64,000 nt of DNA from an archaeon (GCA_024399215.1 JAKSHT010000001.1:16752-80751), one strand, 5' to 3'. Numbered from the stretch's first letter, positions 9,181-20,386 are shown. A program made the numbers and translations. The notes: a model not told the origin generated them from the sequence alone.

Positions 9181-10599
9181 TTACCCCTTATACTCCTTGA
9201 TAAGACCCAGTTCCATCATCTTCGCAGTAAGAGATCTTGACCTTTCAATAGTAGATTCTATTCTATCATGGAGTTCCTGCATACCGAGTTTTAATCTTGC
9301 AACTCCCTGTTTGATTGCCTCCTCACCAACAACAATAGCTTCACTGATAAAGGCCCCAGTTTCAGACATTGTTGGAATAATATAATCAGGAGTAATGCCC
9401 CCTTCATGATCCTCTTCGGCATATCTAGCAAGCTCCCTCGCTGCGGCAATGCACATCTCATCAGTAATTGTTCTTGCTCTAACATCAAGAACACCACGAA
9501 AAATAGCAGGAAATCCCATAGAATTATTAATTTGATTTGGGAAATCTGAACGACCTGTTGCAAACACCTTGCACCCATGTGCTTTTGCATCCCATGGCCA
9601 GATTTCTGGAGTCGGATTCGCTGTTGCAAATACAACAGGGTCGTTTGCCATGATATCAATATACTCAGAAGGAATCGTTTTTCCTCCCGGCTTTGAAGCT
9701 GCAATAACAATATCTGCATCCATGAATGCTTCTTTCATACCTCCTCTTTTTCCAGCACCGTCAGTTTTCTCACAAATATCCCACTTCTGCCTAGAATTAT
9801 TTTCACTAATATCACTTCTTTCTACATTCAAGATTCCCCTTGAGTCACAAACACATACATTCTTGCAATTAAATCCCGCCGCAAGAAGAAGTCTAAAGGT
9901 TGCAACAGATGCTGCACCAGCACCAATAATAGTAACATTAGCATCGGCAAGCTTCTTTCCAACAATCTTCATCGCGTTAATGGCTCCGGCTACTTCAACC
10001 GTTGCCGTTCCCTGCTGATCGTCGTGCCATACTGGTATCTTGCAATCTTTCCTTAATTCATCAAGAATGTCAAAACATTTCGGACTTGATATGTCTTCAA
10101 GATTAATACCACCAAACGAAGGCGCAATAAGCCTAACAGTCTCCATAATCTTATCTGGATCCTTGGTATCCAAACATATCGGAACGCAGTCCACCCCTCC
10201 AAGATACTTGAAAAGCATAGCCTTTCCCTCCATAACAGGCATTGCAGCCTCTGGTCCAATATCTCCAAGGCCAAGAACCCTAGTTCCATCAGAAACTATA
10301 GCAACAGTATTCCACTTCCACGTATGCTCATACGCCATGTCACTATCCCTTGCAATGTCTTTGCAAGGTTCTGCTACGCCAGGTGAATACCATACTGCAA
10401 AATCATTAAACGACCTCACACATGCTTTAATCGCAACTTCAATCTTACCGCCATAATATGGATGCATTTTCATCGCGTCTTGTCCAGGCTTTTCTGCCTT
10501 GGCAATAAGCTCCTTCACCAAAAGGGCATTTTCATCGGGAAATGCCTCGTCCATTGACTTATGAACTTCGAATTGTCGGTCTTTTACATTATTCGTCAT
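9181..10599 (-). CDS. mae: NAD(P)-dependent malic enzyme
   Basis: YSPGVAEPC, GLGDIG, MEGKA, HDDQQGTA, ATGRSDFPNQ motifs; start moved to Met28 of the listed ORF. Confidence 0.92.
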   Translation of the reverse strand: MTNNVKDRQFEVHKSMDEAFPDENALLVKELIAKAEKPGQDAMKMHPYYGGKIEVAIKACVRSFNDFAVWYSPGVAEPCKDIARDSDMAYEHTWKWNTVAIVSDGTRVLGLGDIGPEAAMPVMEGKAMLFKYLGGVDCVPICLDTKDPDKIMETVRLIAPSFGGINLEDISSPKCFDILDELRKDCKIPVWHDDQQGTATVEVAGAINAMKIVGKKLADANVTIIGAGAASVATFRLLLAAGFNCKNVCVCDSRGILNVERSDISENNSRQKWDICEKTDGAGKRGGMKEAFMDADIVIAASKPGGKTIPSEYIDIMANDPVVFATANPTPEIWPWDAKAHGCKVFATGRSDFPNQINNSMGFPAIFRGVLDVRARTITDEMCIAAARELARYAEEDHEGGITPDYIIPTMSETGAFISEAIVVGEEAIKQGVARLKLGMQELHDRIESTIERSRSLTAKMMELGLIKEYKG

Positions 10600-10894
10600 A
10601 GTCACTTCTTCATGACAAATAAGACACAGTTCTCTATAAATATCGGTGATGTCAGCAACCACGAAATTTGCAGGTACCATTTCCGGTCTTTACACAGACA
10701 TCTTTAACACGTCACAGCAAATTAAAGATTCTATCAAAAATCGACATTCTTACAGAGTCAGATGCTAACACAAAAATTCGCTCGCATTCTCTTCCGACAT
10801 CCTGCTTTTAGTCCAGATATATAAACTCCACACTGACAAATACGAAGTGTAAATTCCATAATATTTGAGTACTTTGAGTATACTCTACAAAAAG

Positions 10895-12499
10895 ATGGAT
10901 GTCAAAATAGTCCTCATAGATGGTTATATTGATGATCCTGCTGCATTAGGTGTTCCTCCATATATTTCGCCAGTATCAAGAGCAGTAGCCGGTGCTATCA
11001 TAGATGCCGGTAGTAAGGTAGAGTACATTACCATCGACAAAATAAGAAAAGGTCACAGAATTCCCAAATCGAAAATTTCAGTTCTAATATCTGGTAGCAC
11101 AGTTCCTGGAAAGTACATAAGATCCATGCCCATGTCTCTCAAAGAAATAAGAGAGATACTCCCTCTTATCGGAGGACGAAAGCTTATTGGTGGTGCCGCC
11201 GCCTTTTCCGCAATCTCAAAAGAATTTGACTTTACTGCTAAGAATGATCCCGCAGCATTAGTGTATGATATATTAACAGAAAAAAAAGTCACGGATCGAT
11301 TTAGAACACTAAATGAATGGAATAGATGGATGATTCTTGGTGCTAGCATTGTCACACAGCATCAAGACCATCCTTGTCCGTTGATAGCTGAAATAGAGAC
11401 ATATAGAGGCTGTCATAGATATATTAGCGGTGGATGTTCATATTGCATAGAGCCTCTTAAAGGAAAACCTTTGATGCGTTCTCCAGAAGACATCCTAATG
11501 GAAGCAAAAGAACTTAAAAAATTTGGAGTACGAAACATCCGTGTTGGAGGACAAACATGTATCATATCGTATGGTTCAGAAGATAACTCCAGTATACCTA
11601 GACCAAATCCCAATGCGATACATGAATTGTTTCATGGTCTTAAAAAATTAAATTTTGACGTATTACATGTGGATAATGCCAATCCCACAGTAATCTCCAA
11701 ATATCCAGAAGAGTCAAAAGAAATTTTGGATATCCTTGTGAAGTGTTGCACTTCGGGCAACGTTCTAGCTCTCGGAATGGAAAGTGCCGACACGAGGGTA
11801 ATAAAGGAAAACAATCTCAACAGCACTCCAAATCAAGTACTAGATGCTATAAGGATAATTAACAAAATCGGAAAGGAAATAGGAGAAAACGGTATGCCTC
11901 GCCTTCTTCCTGGACTAAATTTTATTGTTGGTCTAAGTGGAGAAAGCAAAGAGACCTATTCCATGAACAAAGAATTTCTTCAAAAAATTCTCAACGAAGA
12001 ACTAAAGGTTCGACGCATTAACATAAGACAAGTCCTTCCCATCAGAAGAAACTTTGACACCAAAATCAATCTAAACTTTTTCAAAAAATATAAACACGAC
12101 ATTCGTACAACAATAGATCACAACATGTTACAAACAATTGTTCCAAAAGGGACGATTCTTAGAAAAGTATTCATGGAAATTAACGATGGTAATACTACAT
12201 TTGGAAGACAGATTGGCTCATACCCTCTTCTTGTTGGCATCCCATATCATCTTGAATGCGGAAGATTCTACGACGTAAAAATTACTGACTGGGGATTTCG
12301 ATCTGTGACAGGCGTGGAATACCCTTTTAGAATTAACCATGCAACTATGAATGCCATTTCCTCTCTTCCGGGAATTGGAAAAAAAAGAGCTGCTAGCATT
12401 ATCAAAAACAGACCTTACCACTTATTAAACGAACTCTCCAGAGCTATAGATGACAGAAATATCATAGAGAATCTAAAAGAATTTATCTCATTCGAATAA
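10895..12499 (+). CDS. radical SAM protein with C-terminal TRAM-like and helix-hairpin-helix domains, function unknown
   Basis: ETYRGC-x7-CSYC cluster motif, [27 protein letters not shown] HhH motif. Confidence 0.85.
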   Translation: MDVKIVLIDGYIDDPAALGVPPYISPVSRAVAGAIIDAGSKVEYITIDKIRKGHRIPKSKISVLISGSTVPGKYIRSMPMSLKEIREILPLIGGRKLIGGAAAFSAISKEFDFTAKNDPAALVYDILTEKKVTDRFRTLNEWNRWMILGASIVTQHQDHPCPLIAEIETYRGCHRYISGGCSYCIEPLKGKPLMRSPEDILMEAKELKKFGVRNIRVGGQTCIISYGSEDNSSIPRPNPNAIHELFHGLKKLNFDVLHVDNANPTVISKYPEESKEILDILVKCCTSGNVLALGMESADTRVIKENNLNSTPNQVLDAIRIINKIGKEIGENGMPRLLPGLNFIVGLSGESKETYSMNKEFLQKILNEELKVRRINIRQVLPIRRNFDTKINLNFFKKYKHDIRTTIDHNMLQTIVPKGTILRKVFMEINDGNTTFGRQIGSYPLLVGIPYHLECGRFYDVKITDWGFRSVTGVEYPFRINHATMNAISSLPGIGKKRAASIIKNRPYHLLNELSRAIDDRNIIENLKEFISFE

Positions 12500-12819
12500 C
12501 AAATGCCAGCGCTCTCAAACTCCAAACATTCCTTATTTATGCGCAATGATGCCCCCATCTATATGGGCACCAACACATCCTTAATGACTAACCTTCTGTG
12601 TCTCTTTTAACCTTTTTTGGAAAGTTTGACACACCTATCTAGACTCACGAGAATCTCTTTTAAACAAAACAAACTCATTTAACAAGTGACCAACAAACAA
12701 TACTTTAAACAAGCCTTTTTCACAATAGTTTTCTCCCCACATCCATTAGCATATCCTAAGATTATTAATATAGTACCTATAATGACCGATTAGCTGGCCC
12801 TGCACGAGGGATATAAATT

Positions 12820-14628
12820 ATGAGAAGGACACACACCTGCGGAGAACTCAAGTCGTCTGACATAGGCAGTAAAGTATGTCTAGAGGGCTGGGTAAGATTC
12901 TCTAGAAATCACGGGGGGGTCGCCTTTATCGACTTAGCTGATAGATACGGGGTCACTCAAATTGTATTTGATCCGGAGGATCTCCCAATTGGCGCTGATA
13001 CAAGTACGTTGTCTAATACATTAAGAACATTTACACGTGAATCTGTAGTTTCTGTAAATGGTATCGTTAGAAAAAGAATAGCAGGAACAGAAGACGATCG
13101 AAACAATACAGGCGAAATAGAAGTCCTAATCACGTCAGCAGAACTACTTAACAAGTCGGCCATCCCGCCATTTGAGATCGGAGACCAAAAGGAAGGAGCT
13201 CTACCCAACGAAGATGTTCGTCTCGAATATAGATACATGGACCTCAGAAGAACTGAAATGATTCATGCAATGGAGTTTAGAAGCAGATTCCTCCACCTTG
13301 CAAGACAATATTTCGAATCCCAAAGATTCCTAGAAATAGAAACACCTATACTAGCAAGAGGTACACCAGAAGGAGCAAGAGATTATATTGTCCCATCTAG
13401 AATAAATTCCGGAAGGTTCTATGCTCTTCCTCAGTCACCCCAGCTCTATAAGCAAATGTTAATGGTAGCAGGACTTGATCGTTATTATCAGATCGCCAAA
13501 TGCTTCCGTGATGAAGATTCTCGCAAAGACAGACAACCAGAATTTACGCAGTTAGATGTAGAAATGTCTTTTATCGACGAGAATGATATTCGAAGTTGTA
13601 TTGAGAATATGCTCGCTCATGTGTGGAGAGGTCTATACAACAAAGATCTTCAGACTCCCTTCCCAAAAATATCATACACAGAAGCCATGGAAAAATACGG
13701 CTCAGATAAACCAGATCTTAGATACGAATTACCGCTCGAAAATCTTACAAATACCTTCAAGGAAACCAATTATGGGATATTAAAAAAAATTGTTGCAGAT
13801 GGTGGAATTGTTGTCGGCATAAATGTGAGTCACACTATACTAAAAGAGAAAATTGGCCGGAACGACGTGGACAGATACATCGACCTTGCCAAAAGGTTCG
13901 GTCTCGGTGGTCTTACATGGGTAAGAATTGCAAATGAAGAACTGGAAAGCAACATAGTGAAATATTTTACGCCCAAGAACAAGGCCGACATCAAGAATAT
14001 TATGAATGCTAAAGACGGCGACCTTATTTTCCTAATGGCAGGACCAAAAAGAAAAACACTAGAAGGTGCAGGCTTAATAAGGAAGCAACTTGCAATCGAT
14101 TTAGATCTTATTCCAAAGAATACGTTCCAGTTTCATTGGCTAGTAGACTGCCCAATGTTTGAGGTAGATCCTATATCTGGTAAAAAAGATGCATTCCATC
14201 ACCCGTTTGTATTGCCATACGATAACTTTAAAAAAGGCGCCTGTTTTGACATTCTTCTCAATGGAAACGAACTAGGCTCAGGTTCAATGAGAATTAATAA
14301 TCCTGAAGTTCAGGTCGAGGTTCTCCATCAGATAGGGATGTCTGATGAAGAAATAGAAAAAAATTTTGGTTGGTTTATTAAAGCGCTTGGATACGGTGCG
14401 CCACCTCATGGCGGCATTGCAATTGGAATCGATAGAATCATTGCAATTCTCTTAAACAAAGAAACAATTCGAGACACTATCGCATTTCCAAAAAACAAAA
14501 AGGCCCAATCACTGGTTGACAAATCACCCAGCAAAATTGATGATGAGAGACTCGAAGAACTTCAACTCATATCTTTATCCGACAACGACGTGGATTCACT
14601 CACGATGGAAGAATATACCGAGGAATAG
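12820..14628 (+). CDS. aspS: aspartyl-tRNA synthetase, bacterial type, probably non-discriminating
   Basis: RTHTCGEL, RNHGG, PQSPQLYKQ, FRDED, PPHGGIAIG; about 600 aa with a GAD-like insertion. Confidence 0.95.
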   Translation: MRRTHTCGELKSSDIGSKVCLEGWVRFSRNHGGVAFIDLADRYGVTQIVFDPEDLPIGADTSTLSNTLRTFTRESVVSVNGIVRKRIAGTEDDRNNTGEIEVLITSAELLNKSAIPPFEIGDQKEGALPNEDVRLEYRYMDLRRTEMIHAMEFRSRFLHLARQYFESQRFLEIETPILARGTPEGARDYIVPSRINSGRFYALPQSPQLYKQMLMVAGLDRYYQIAKCFRDEDSRKDRQPEFTQLDVEMSFIDENDIRSCIENMLAHVWRGLYNKDLQTPFPKISYTEAMEKYGSDKPDLRYELPLENLTNTFKETNYGILKKIVADGGIVVGINVSHTILKEKIGRNDVDRYIDLAKRFGLGGLTWVRIANEELESNIVKYFTPKNKADIKNIMNAKDGDLIFLMAGPKRKTLEGAGLIRKQLAIDLDLIPKNTFQFHWLVDCPMFEVDPISGKKDAFHHPFVLPYDNFKKGACFDILLNGNELGSGSMRINNPEVQVEVLHQIGMSDEEIEKNFGWFIKALGYGAPPHGGIAIGIDRIIAILLNKETIRDTIAFPKNKKAQSLVDKSPSKIDDERLEELQLISLSDNDVDSLTMEEYTEE

Positions 14629-14717
14629 CTTCAACCCGATTCTCAAGCTGTAAGCTCCCTAATGCTCAAACGGCGTTGGACCTACTCTCAGCACCACACG
14701 AGGAACGTAAAACTGTC

Positions 14718-16073
14718 TCACAAATCTTTGACAGATGTACACATTCTCTCAATCATCCTCTTTGTCGTAGCAACAATGTCAGATGATGAATATTGTCCAT
14801 TAGTCTGCTTCATAACCATCCCAATAATTCTATTACCAGCTTTTTGGTTTTTCCGGCAGTCCTCAAGAACTGTGGGGTTTTCTTTTATTATTCTCTCTAC
14901 AAGTACATCAAGATTCGTAGATTCTATAGGGGACATTCCCGTACTTTTTCCCCCAGTCATAAGTGCTTTTAATTTCAAATTACACTCTACATCAGTAATC
15001 TTTCCATCAAAAAATTCGACGACCGTCTCCTTCAGTTCTTCGATTTTCTCACTCATAACAGGCTCAAATGTCTTCCAATTGGCAGCAATTACTCCAGTAA
15101 TCAACGATCTAGCTACGCCAACATCAGAAATTTTTACTAACTCTTCAAACAAGTCCGCGAGTTTCATTGAGGTGTTAATGATCTGCCTCGCTGCAAGCTC
15201 ACTCATTGAATAATCCTTTTGAAACCTTTCAATCCTAACCAACGGGCCCTCTCGAACATGAATACCATCTACAATTTTTGATAGATGATATATTCCAAGG
15301 TCAGGTTCTCCAATATATCCATAGTCAGCTTCAAACTCTTTTTTCCTTGCGGGAAACGTCGCTTTTCTAACTTCATCAAAACGTCTAGTCTCACGCTCGA
15401 TCGCTCCTCCAGCTTTGATAAGTTTTGTCTGTCTTACGGCCTCATACCTTAAACAGAGTTCAACATTTTTCAACCCAGTAACATTTTTAACCTCACATCT
15501 CTCCTTTCCAACAGAAATATTACAGTCGCACCTAATGCTCCGTCTATCATCGTTAAGATCAATAACACTCCTTATTTCAACAAGAAGTGCAGACAAAAAC
15601 TCTCTAGCCTCCGCGGGGGACGAAATATCCGGTTCTGTAACAATTTCAATAAGTGGGACCCCACTTCTATTATAATCTATCAACGACAACCCGCTGTCAG
15701 TTCTCTTAATTCTACCTGGGTCCTCCTCGAGATGACACCTTCTTATTCTAATTAATTTTTTTTCGAGGTAAAATACACCGTCTTTTCCAATGGGGACATC
15801 ATACTGCGTAATCTGAAAATGCTTACACAAATCCGGATAAAAATAACTTTTTCTCGAAAACCATGTGGTGTCAGGTATCGTACATTTCAACCTTTTAGCA
15901 ATAACGAGGCCCAATTCCACTGCATGCACATTTAAAGACGGTTTTGATCCTGGAAGCCCAAGACACACCGGACACACGTATGTATTTGCCACATCCGTAA
16001 CGGTTGTCGGACACGAACAAAACATTTTTGACTTCGTTGGAAGCTGAATGTGAATCTCCAATCCTATCCTCAT
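14718..16073 (-). CDS. gatB: Asp/Glu-tRNA amidotransferase subunit B
   Basis: IGLEIHIQL, KMFCSC, DYNRSGVPLIEIVTEPD motifs. Confidence 0.95.
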   Translation of the reverse strand: MRIGLEIHIQLPTKSKMFCSCPTTVTDVANTYVCPVCLGLPGSKPSLNVHAVELGLVIAKRLKCTIPDTTWFSRKSYFYPDLCKHFQITQYDVPIGKDGVFYLEKKLIRIRRCHLEEDPGRIKRTDSGLSLIDYNRSGVPLIEIVTEPDISSPAEAREFLSALLVEIRSVIDLNDDRRSIRCDCNISVGKERCEVKNVTGLKNVELCLRYEAVRQTKLIKAGGAIERETRRFDEVRKATFPARKKEFEADYGYIGEPDLGIYHLSKIVDGIHVREGPLVRIERFQKDYSMSELAARQIINTSMKLADLFEELVKISDVGVARSLITGVIAANWKTFEPVMSEKIEELKETVVEFFDGKITDVECNLKLKALMTGGKSTGMSPIESTNLDVLVERIIKENPTVLEDCRKNQKAGNRIIGMVMKQTNGQYSSSDIVATTKRMIERMCTSVKDL

Positions 16074-17383
16074 ATTCTCACATCCGCATGTCTAACATCA
16101 AACGCCGAGTCCCACTTTTCGGCAATATCTATGAGGACATCTTCGTCCCAGTGCGCAGATGTAAACAGAAGTCCAATTGGCATCCCCTCTGAAGACACAC
16201 ATGGAACTGACAAATGAGGCATTCCTGCTATGTTTGGTGGGACCGTTAAAAAGTCAGCTTTGTACGAATCAAGCGCTGACATTAAAGAAATATCATCAAA
16301 TTTTGGAGACACAAAAGGCATTGTTGGCGTCATAACTGCATCAAATCTTTCGAAATGTTTCTTGTAGTCGGTAATAATTGCCCCTCTAACACGGATAGCT
16401 TTGTAATAATATCTATCCGCATATCCTGCCATCCTAGCATAAGTCCCAAGAAGAATCCTCCTCTTTGCCTCTACCCCAAGATACCGTGAACGGAACGATG
16501 AAAAATAATCATCGAATTTTGCCGTAAGATCTCCTTCTTGTTGTCCGTATCTCATACCACAATACCTTGCAAGGTTAGTAGACGCTTCAGCAGTTGCTAT
16601 GACATAATATGCAGGTATTGAATATTTCAAAACAGGCATTGATACATACTCAACGTCCACAGACATACCCTTCAGAATTTCAATCGATTCTTCAAAATAC
16701 TTCAAAACATCTTTACTAATACTTCCCTCTAATGCCTCTCTAGGGATTGCAACAGATTTCAACTTTTTTCGGCCTAACTTAAGATCGGGTTGCACTGCAG
16801 AAGTTGGATCGTGATCGTCCACACCAGAAATTATTGGCAGGTATTTCTTTAAATCAGACGCTCTAAATGATAGCAATCCAACTTTATCCAAAGAATTTCC
16901 ATAGTCGATAAGCCCGTACCTTGATACCCGACCATACGAAGGTGTTAGGCCGTACACCCCACAAAACGATGCCGGACACGCTATAGAACCTCCTGTCGAA
17001 ACCCCTAATGAAACATGATCATCAAAAACAGCTGCTGCACAGGCGGAACCACCAGATGAACCACCACACGACCTCCTAATATCAAATGGATTTTTTGGGA
17101 TTCCAAATGCTGAATTAACAGAAAAAGTCCCAAACCCAAACTCGTCCATATTAGTCTTTCCGAGAAGAAATCCCCCCGCTTCTCTCATCTTTCTAATGGA
17201 CGTCGCATCAAATGGAGGCATGTATCCCTTAAGGATCATCGATCCGGCTGTAGCCTCGAATCCCCTTGCCACCAAACTATCCTTAGCAGAAAAGGTAAAT
17301 TGTGCGTCCGCCTCTACACCTTCTACGAACGACGAGAATATACTATACTTCTCATTTACTAACTCAAGATTCTCGATCTTCAT
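16070..17383 (-). CDS. gatA: Asp/Glu-tRNA amidotransferase subunit A
   Basis: GKTNMDEF, GGSSGGS amidase signature, EAKRRILLGTY. Confidence 0.95.
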   Translation of the reverse strand: MKIENLELVNEKYSIFSSFVEGVEADAQFTFSAKDSLVARGFEATAGSMILKGYMPPFDATSIRKMREAGGFLLGKTNMDEFGFGTFSVNSAFGIPKNPFDIRRSCGGSSGGSACAAAVFDDHVSLGVSTGGSIACPASFCGVYGLTPSYGRVSRYGLIDYGNSLDKVGLLSFRASDLKKYLPIISGVDDHDPTSAVQPDLKLGRKKLKSVAIPREALEGSISKDVLKYFEESIEILKGMSVDVEYVSMPVLKYSIPAYYVIATAEASTNLARYCGMRYGQQEGDLTAKFDDYFSSFRSRYLGVEAKRRILLGTYARMAGYADRYYYKAIRVRGAIITDYKKHFERFDAVMTPTMPFVSPKFDDISLMSALDSYKADFLTVPPNIAGMPHLSVPCVSSEGMPIGLLFTSAHWDEDVLIDIAEKWDSAFDVRHADVRI

Positions 17384-17652
17384 ACAATCTTTGGTCCTCT
17401 TACATATCCATCATACAATCTCATGCCCTTAACACATTCTTCTGCAGGTATTTCCATTAATGGAACGTCATCTCTAAAAACATCTGCAACCTCCACCGGA
17501 TTGAAACCTTTACTATCAACTTCCGGAGCTTCATCTAATATCTCAAAATATCCAAGAATATCCTTAAGCTCAAGACTATACCTGTCTACCTCCTCCTCTG
17601 TTAAACTAAGATGAGCGACCCGTGCCACCCTTTCAACAATCTTCCTGTCCAT
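17380..17652 (-). CDS. gatC: Asp/Glu-tRNA amidotransferase subunit C
   Basis: MDRKIVERVARVAHL...FRDD...GYVRGPKIV; start moved to Met66 of the listed ORF; directly upstream of gatA. Confidence 0.9.
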   Translation of the reverse strand: MDRKIVERVARVAHLSLTEEEVDRYSLELKDILGYFEILDEAPEVDSKGFNPVEVADVFRDDVPLMEIPAEECVKGMRLYDGYVRGPKIV

Positions 17653-17749
17653 AAAAATCCAACCGCCAATTTTTTGACATATTATATCCGAGCCGATAAA
17701 AGAACAACAATCTTTAAACGTATCTTTTCTATCGAAATGTTTGACTACA

Positions 17750-18256
17750 ATGGCTAAAGATCTTACAGAAAAACTGGCGGCAGGTATGAAAACAATGGAT
17801 ACTGGTGACTTTGAAAAAGCATACTCTGATTTTAGAAAACTTTGCAATGAAAATCCAAAAAATGCAGAATGCTGGTATTACAAAGCAGAATGTGGAAGTA
17901 TGGCCTCCGGAATGTTTGGCACAAAAATCGATGACAAGGAAATTTTGGAAGCATATGACAAAGCCATAAAACTCGATCCTCAATGCGATTATTATGAGTC
18001 ATACGGGATGTTTTGTATATCCATTGGCAAATATGACGAAGCAGAAGTAGCATTCTGCAAAGCCGCTGAAATCAACGAATCGCGGGCAGCCAATCTTTAC
18101 TCAGAGTTTGCAGTGGAATACTTCAACAGCATCATGGCATCATACGGCGAAATTATGGAAGATCCAAAAGCGAGAGCTCCATACGTAAAAAAAGCCCTCA
18201 AATACATGCTCAAAGCATTAGAAATTGATCCAGAAGAGGCGAAAGCACTCCTATAA
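17750..18256 (+). CDS. tetratricopeptide repeat protein
   Basis: Helical repeats (YDKAIKLDP, YDEAEVAFCKA, KALEIDP). Confidence 0.8.
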   Translation: MAKDLTEKLAAGMKTMDTGDFEKAYSDFRKLCNENPKNAECWYYKAECGSMASGMFGTKIDDKEILEAYDKAIKLDPQCDYYESYGMFCISIGKYDEAEVAFCKAAEINESRAANLYSEFAVEYFNSIMASYGEIMEDPKARAPYVKKALKYMLKALEIDPEEAKALL

Positions 18257-18267
18257 ACACAAAATTT

Positions 18268-19146
18268 CTAAAGCTGATTCCTGAGCTCTCTCATTGTCGC
18301 TATTCTTTCGGCATAGGCATTATGTTTGTGAATCGATTCCTCCGATTCACTTCTCGCTATAACCACGGTATCATCCGGCACGCGCGTATACTGTTTCACA
18401 ATTTTTTTGAGAACTTCCCTTACTACATCTTCAACAAACTTTGGATTATTATGAGCATTAATCACGACTACCGCTTCATCATCCCTCTTAAGAATCCCAA
18501 ATGTAGGTGATGAGTAACAATCGTTCACCAAATCAATTAGATCATCAGCTTCCACATCCACACTATCTTCTAGTTCCATCACAACAGTACATACATTCCT
18601 TTGATTATGTGTGATAACAGGCCACTCCTTCGAACATCCAAGAATCCGTGCTACATTTTCTTGAGCACACGGACAAGCAGTCATTCCAGTAACCTGAACT
18701 CCAAGTGTTTTAGTAACCTTTCCACCTTTAATACACCTAGACTTACCAATAAGCTTACAAACTTCTGTAGTTCTTCTTCCACGCGGAGTTACACTTTCCC
18801 TAAAATATTCAGCCTCAATATTAACACCTGAGGTTGATGCATAGCTATGTTTATCCAGCAACATTTTTCCCATAGCTACTGCTATATTCTCAATTCCGAT
18901 CACCGGCTTATCGATACATTCCTCAATGATACCCTCAATAACCTCAAGATTTCTTGACATGTGTGATCCTTTCTGATCTGCCGGAAGATCCACAAAAGCA
19001 TCGATGGAACATATCATGGGAACAGATCCCCTTTCATATCCAGGCTTACCAACCTGGACGATTTTCCTCACACCGATAACCCCGACCCTGGTAAGACTAA
19101 ATCCTTTCTCATTTCTAAGGCTTTGAACGTCACAGATTGTGGTCAT
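18268..19146 (-). CDS. mptA: GTP cyclohydrolase MptA / FolE2 family
   Basis: KGSHMSR, GMTACPCA, THNQR, NPKFVEDVVR, ESIHKHNA motifs. Confidence 0.92.
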   Translation of the reverse strand: MTTICDVQSLRNEKGFSLTRVGVIGVRKIVQVGKPGYERGSVPMICSIDAFVDLPADQKGSHMSRNLEVIEGIIEECIDKPVIGIENIAVAMGKMLLDKHSYASTSGVNIEAEYFRESVTPRGRRTTEVCKLIGKSRCIKGGKVTKTLGVQVTGMTACPCAQENVARILGCSKEWPVITHNQRNVCTVVMELEDSVDVEADDLIDLVNDCYSSPTFGILKRDDEAVVVINAHNNPKFVEDVVREVLKKIVKQYTRVPDDTVVIARSESEESIHKHNAYAERIATMRELRNQL

Positions 19147-19253
19147 GGTAATAGTGCCAAAACACTAGTTATAAATAAAGAAATAGGTCCAACGGCTTAG
19201 ACACCAACAAGTTGTAGAATTAATATTAATACCCATCAACCAAGTTCCGGCTT

Positions 19254-19895
19254 ATGCTTTGCGGCATTGACGAAGCTGGTAGAGGCTCTGTTTTAGGTCC
19301 ACTAGTTGTTGGAGCAGTTTACGCTGAGGATGACACAATTTTTAGAGACATAGGCGTTAAAGATTCCAAACAGCTAACACCGAACGAGAGAGAACTGATG
19401 TTTGATCAAATAATAGATGCCGCATCAAGTCATTCCGTATCCATCATTACTGCAGAAGATATCGATAAACGTAGAAAGAACGCATCTCTCAACAACATAG
19501 AACTGGACATGTTTGTAGAGGTGGCATCCAAACTTCCGGTAGTAAAAGTATACGCAGACTGCTTATACATAAATGAAAATATATTCTCGAACGTACTCTC
19601 CTTCAAATTAGGAAGTATCAGAGTTATCGGTCGACACAAAGCAGACGAAATATATCCTATTGTATCAGCGGCATCCATAGTAGCCAAAGTCACTAGAGAC
19701 AGAATGATCCAAGACATTGCAGCAGAATTCGATGCAGACGTTGGAAGCGGTTATCCAAGCGATCCAACTACCATGAATTTTATAAAAGAATGGATGAAAA
19801 AGAATGGAACTCCACCAAAATATACTCGGAACACGTGGGAGCACATCCATCGATTGTCCATCATACATGCTAACACAAAAATTACGGATTGGTAA
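19254..19895 (+). CDS. rnhB: ribonuclease HII
   Basis: GIDEAGRG, DSKQL, AASIVAKV, GSGYPSDP motifs. Confidence 0.95.
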   Translation: MLCGIDEAGRGSVLGPLVVGAVYAEDDTIFRDIGVKDSKQLTPNERELMFDQIIDAASSHSVSIITAEDIDKRRKNASLNNIELDMFVEVASKLPVVKVYADCLYINENIFSNVLSFKLGSIRVIGRHKADEIYPIVSAASIVAKVTRDRMIQDIAAEFDADVGSGYPSDPTTMNFIKEWMKKNGTPPKYTRNTWEHIHRLSIIHANTKITDW

Positions 19896-19897
19896 AA

Positions 19898-20239
19898 ATG
19901 AGTGCAGAGTCACTAGTTCAACATATAATAAATAAATTCAACAGAAAAATGGTTGAAAGTCAAGAAGCCAGAGCGGAGGTCGAACACCTAATCAAAACTG
20001 TTAATATCAACCTAGACAACGAAGTTTACTCCTTCAAATTAGAAAAGGCTGAAATTATCAACTTCAAACCCACACTTCTTGATAGTGCCGATATATCCAT
20101 TGCAACAACAGCAGAAAGTCTAGAAAAGCTGATTGACGGAACCCTTCGCCCTATGAAGGCCTACATAACAAAGAAAGTTATAGTCAAAGGCAAGATGCAA
20201 GACCTCCTACATCTAAAAAAATTTTTAAGTAGTGACTAA
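19898..20239 (+). CDS. SCP2 sterol/lipid-binding domain protein
   Basis: ADISI...LIDGTLRPMKAYITKKVIVKG pattern typical of SCP2. Confidence 0.75.
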   Translation: MSAESLVQHIINKFNRKMVESQEARAEVEHLIKTVNINLDNEVYSFKLEKAEIINFKPTLLDSADISIATTAESLEKLIDGTLRPMKAYITKKVIVKGKMQDLLHLKKFLSSD

Positions 20240-20308
20240 AGTTCAGCAGCCGAATGCCTCCTATATTTATAAAAAGTATATATATGGCATCAGGATAGGC
20301 GATACCAA

Positions 20309-20386
20309 AGCGAGGTGGGGTAGTCAGGATATCCCGTCGGGCTCATAACCCGGAGACCGGTCGTTCAAATCGACTCCTCGCTACCA
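20309..20386 (+). tRNA. tRNA-Met(CAT), initiator
   Basis: AGCGAGG/CCTCGCT acceptor stem with A1:U72, GGG/CCC in the anticodon stem, CTCATAA loop, encoded CCA, TATA box upstream. Confidence 0.95.
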
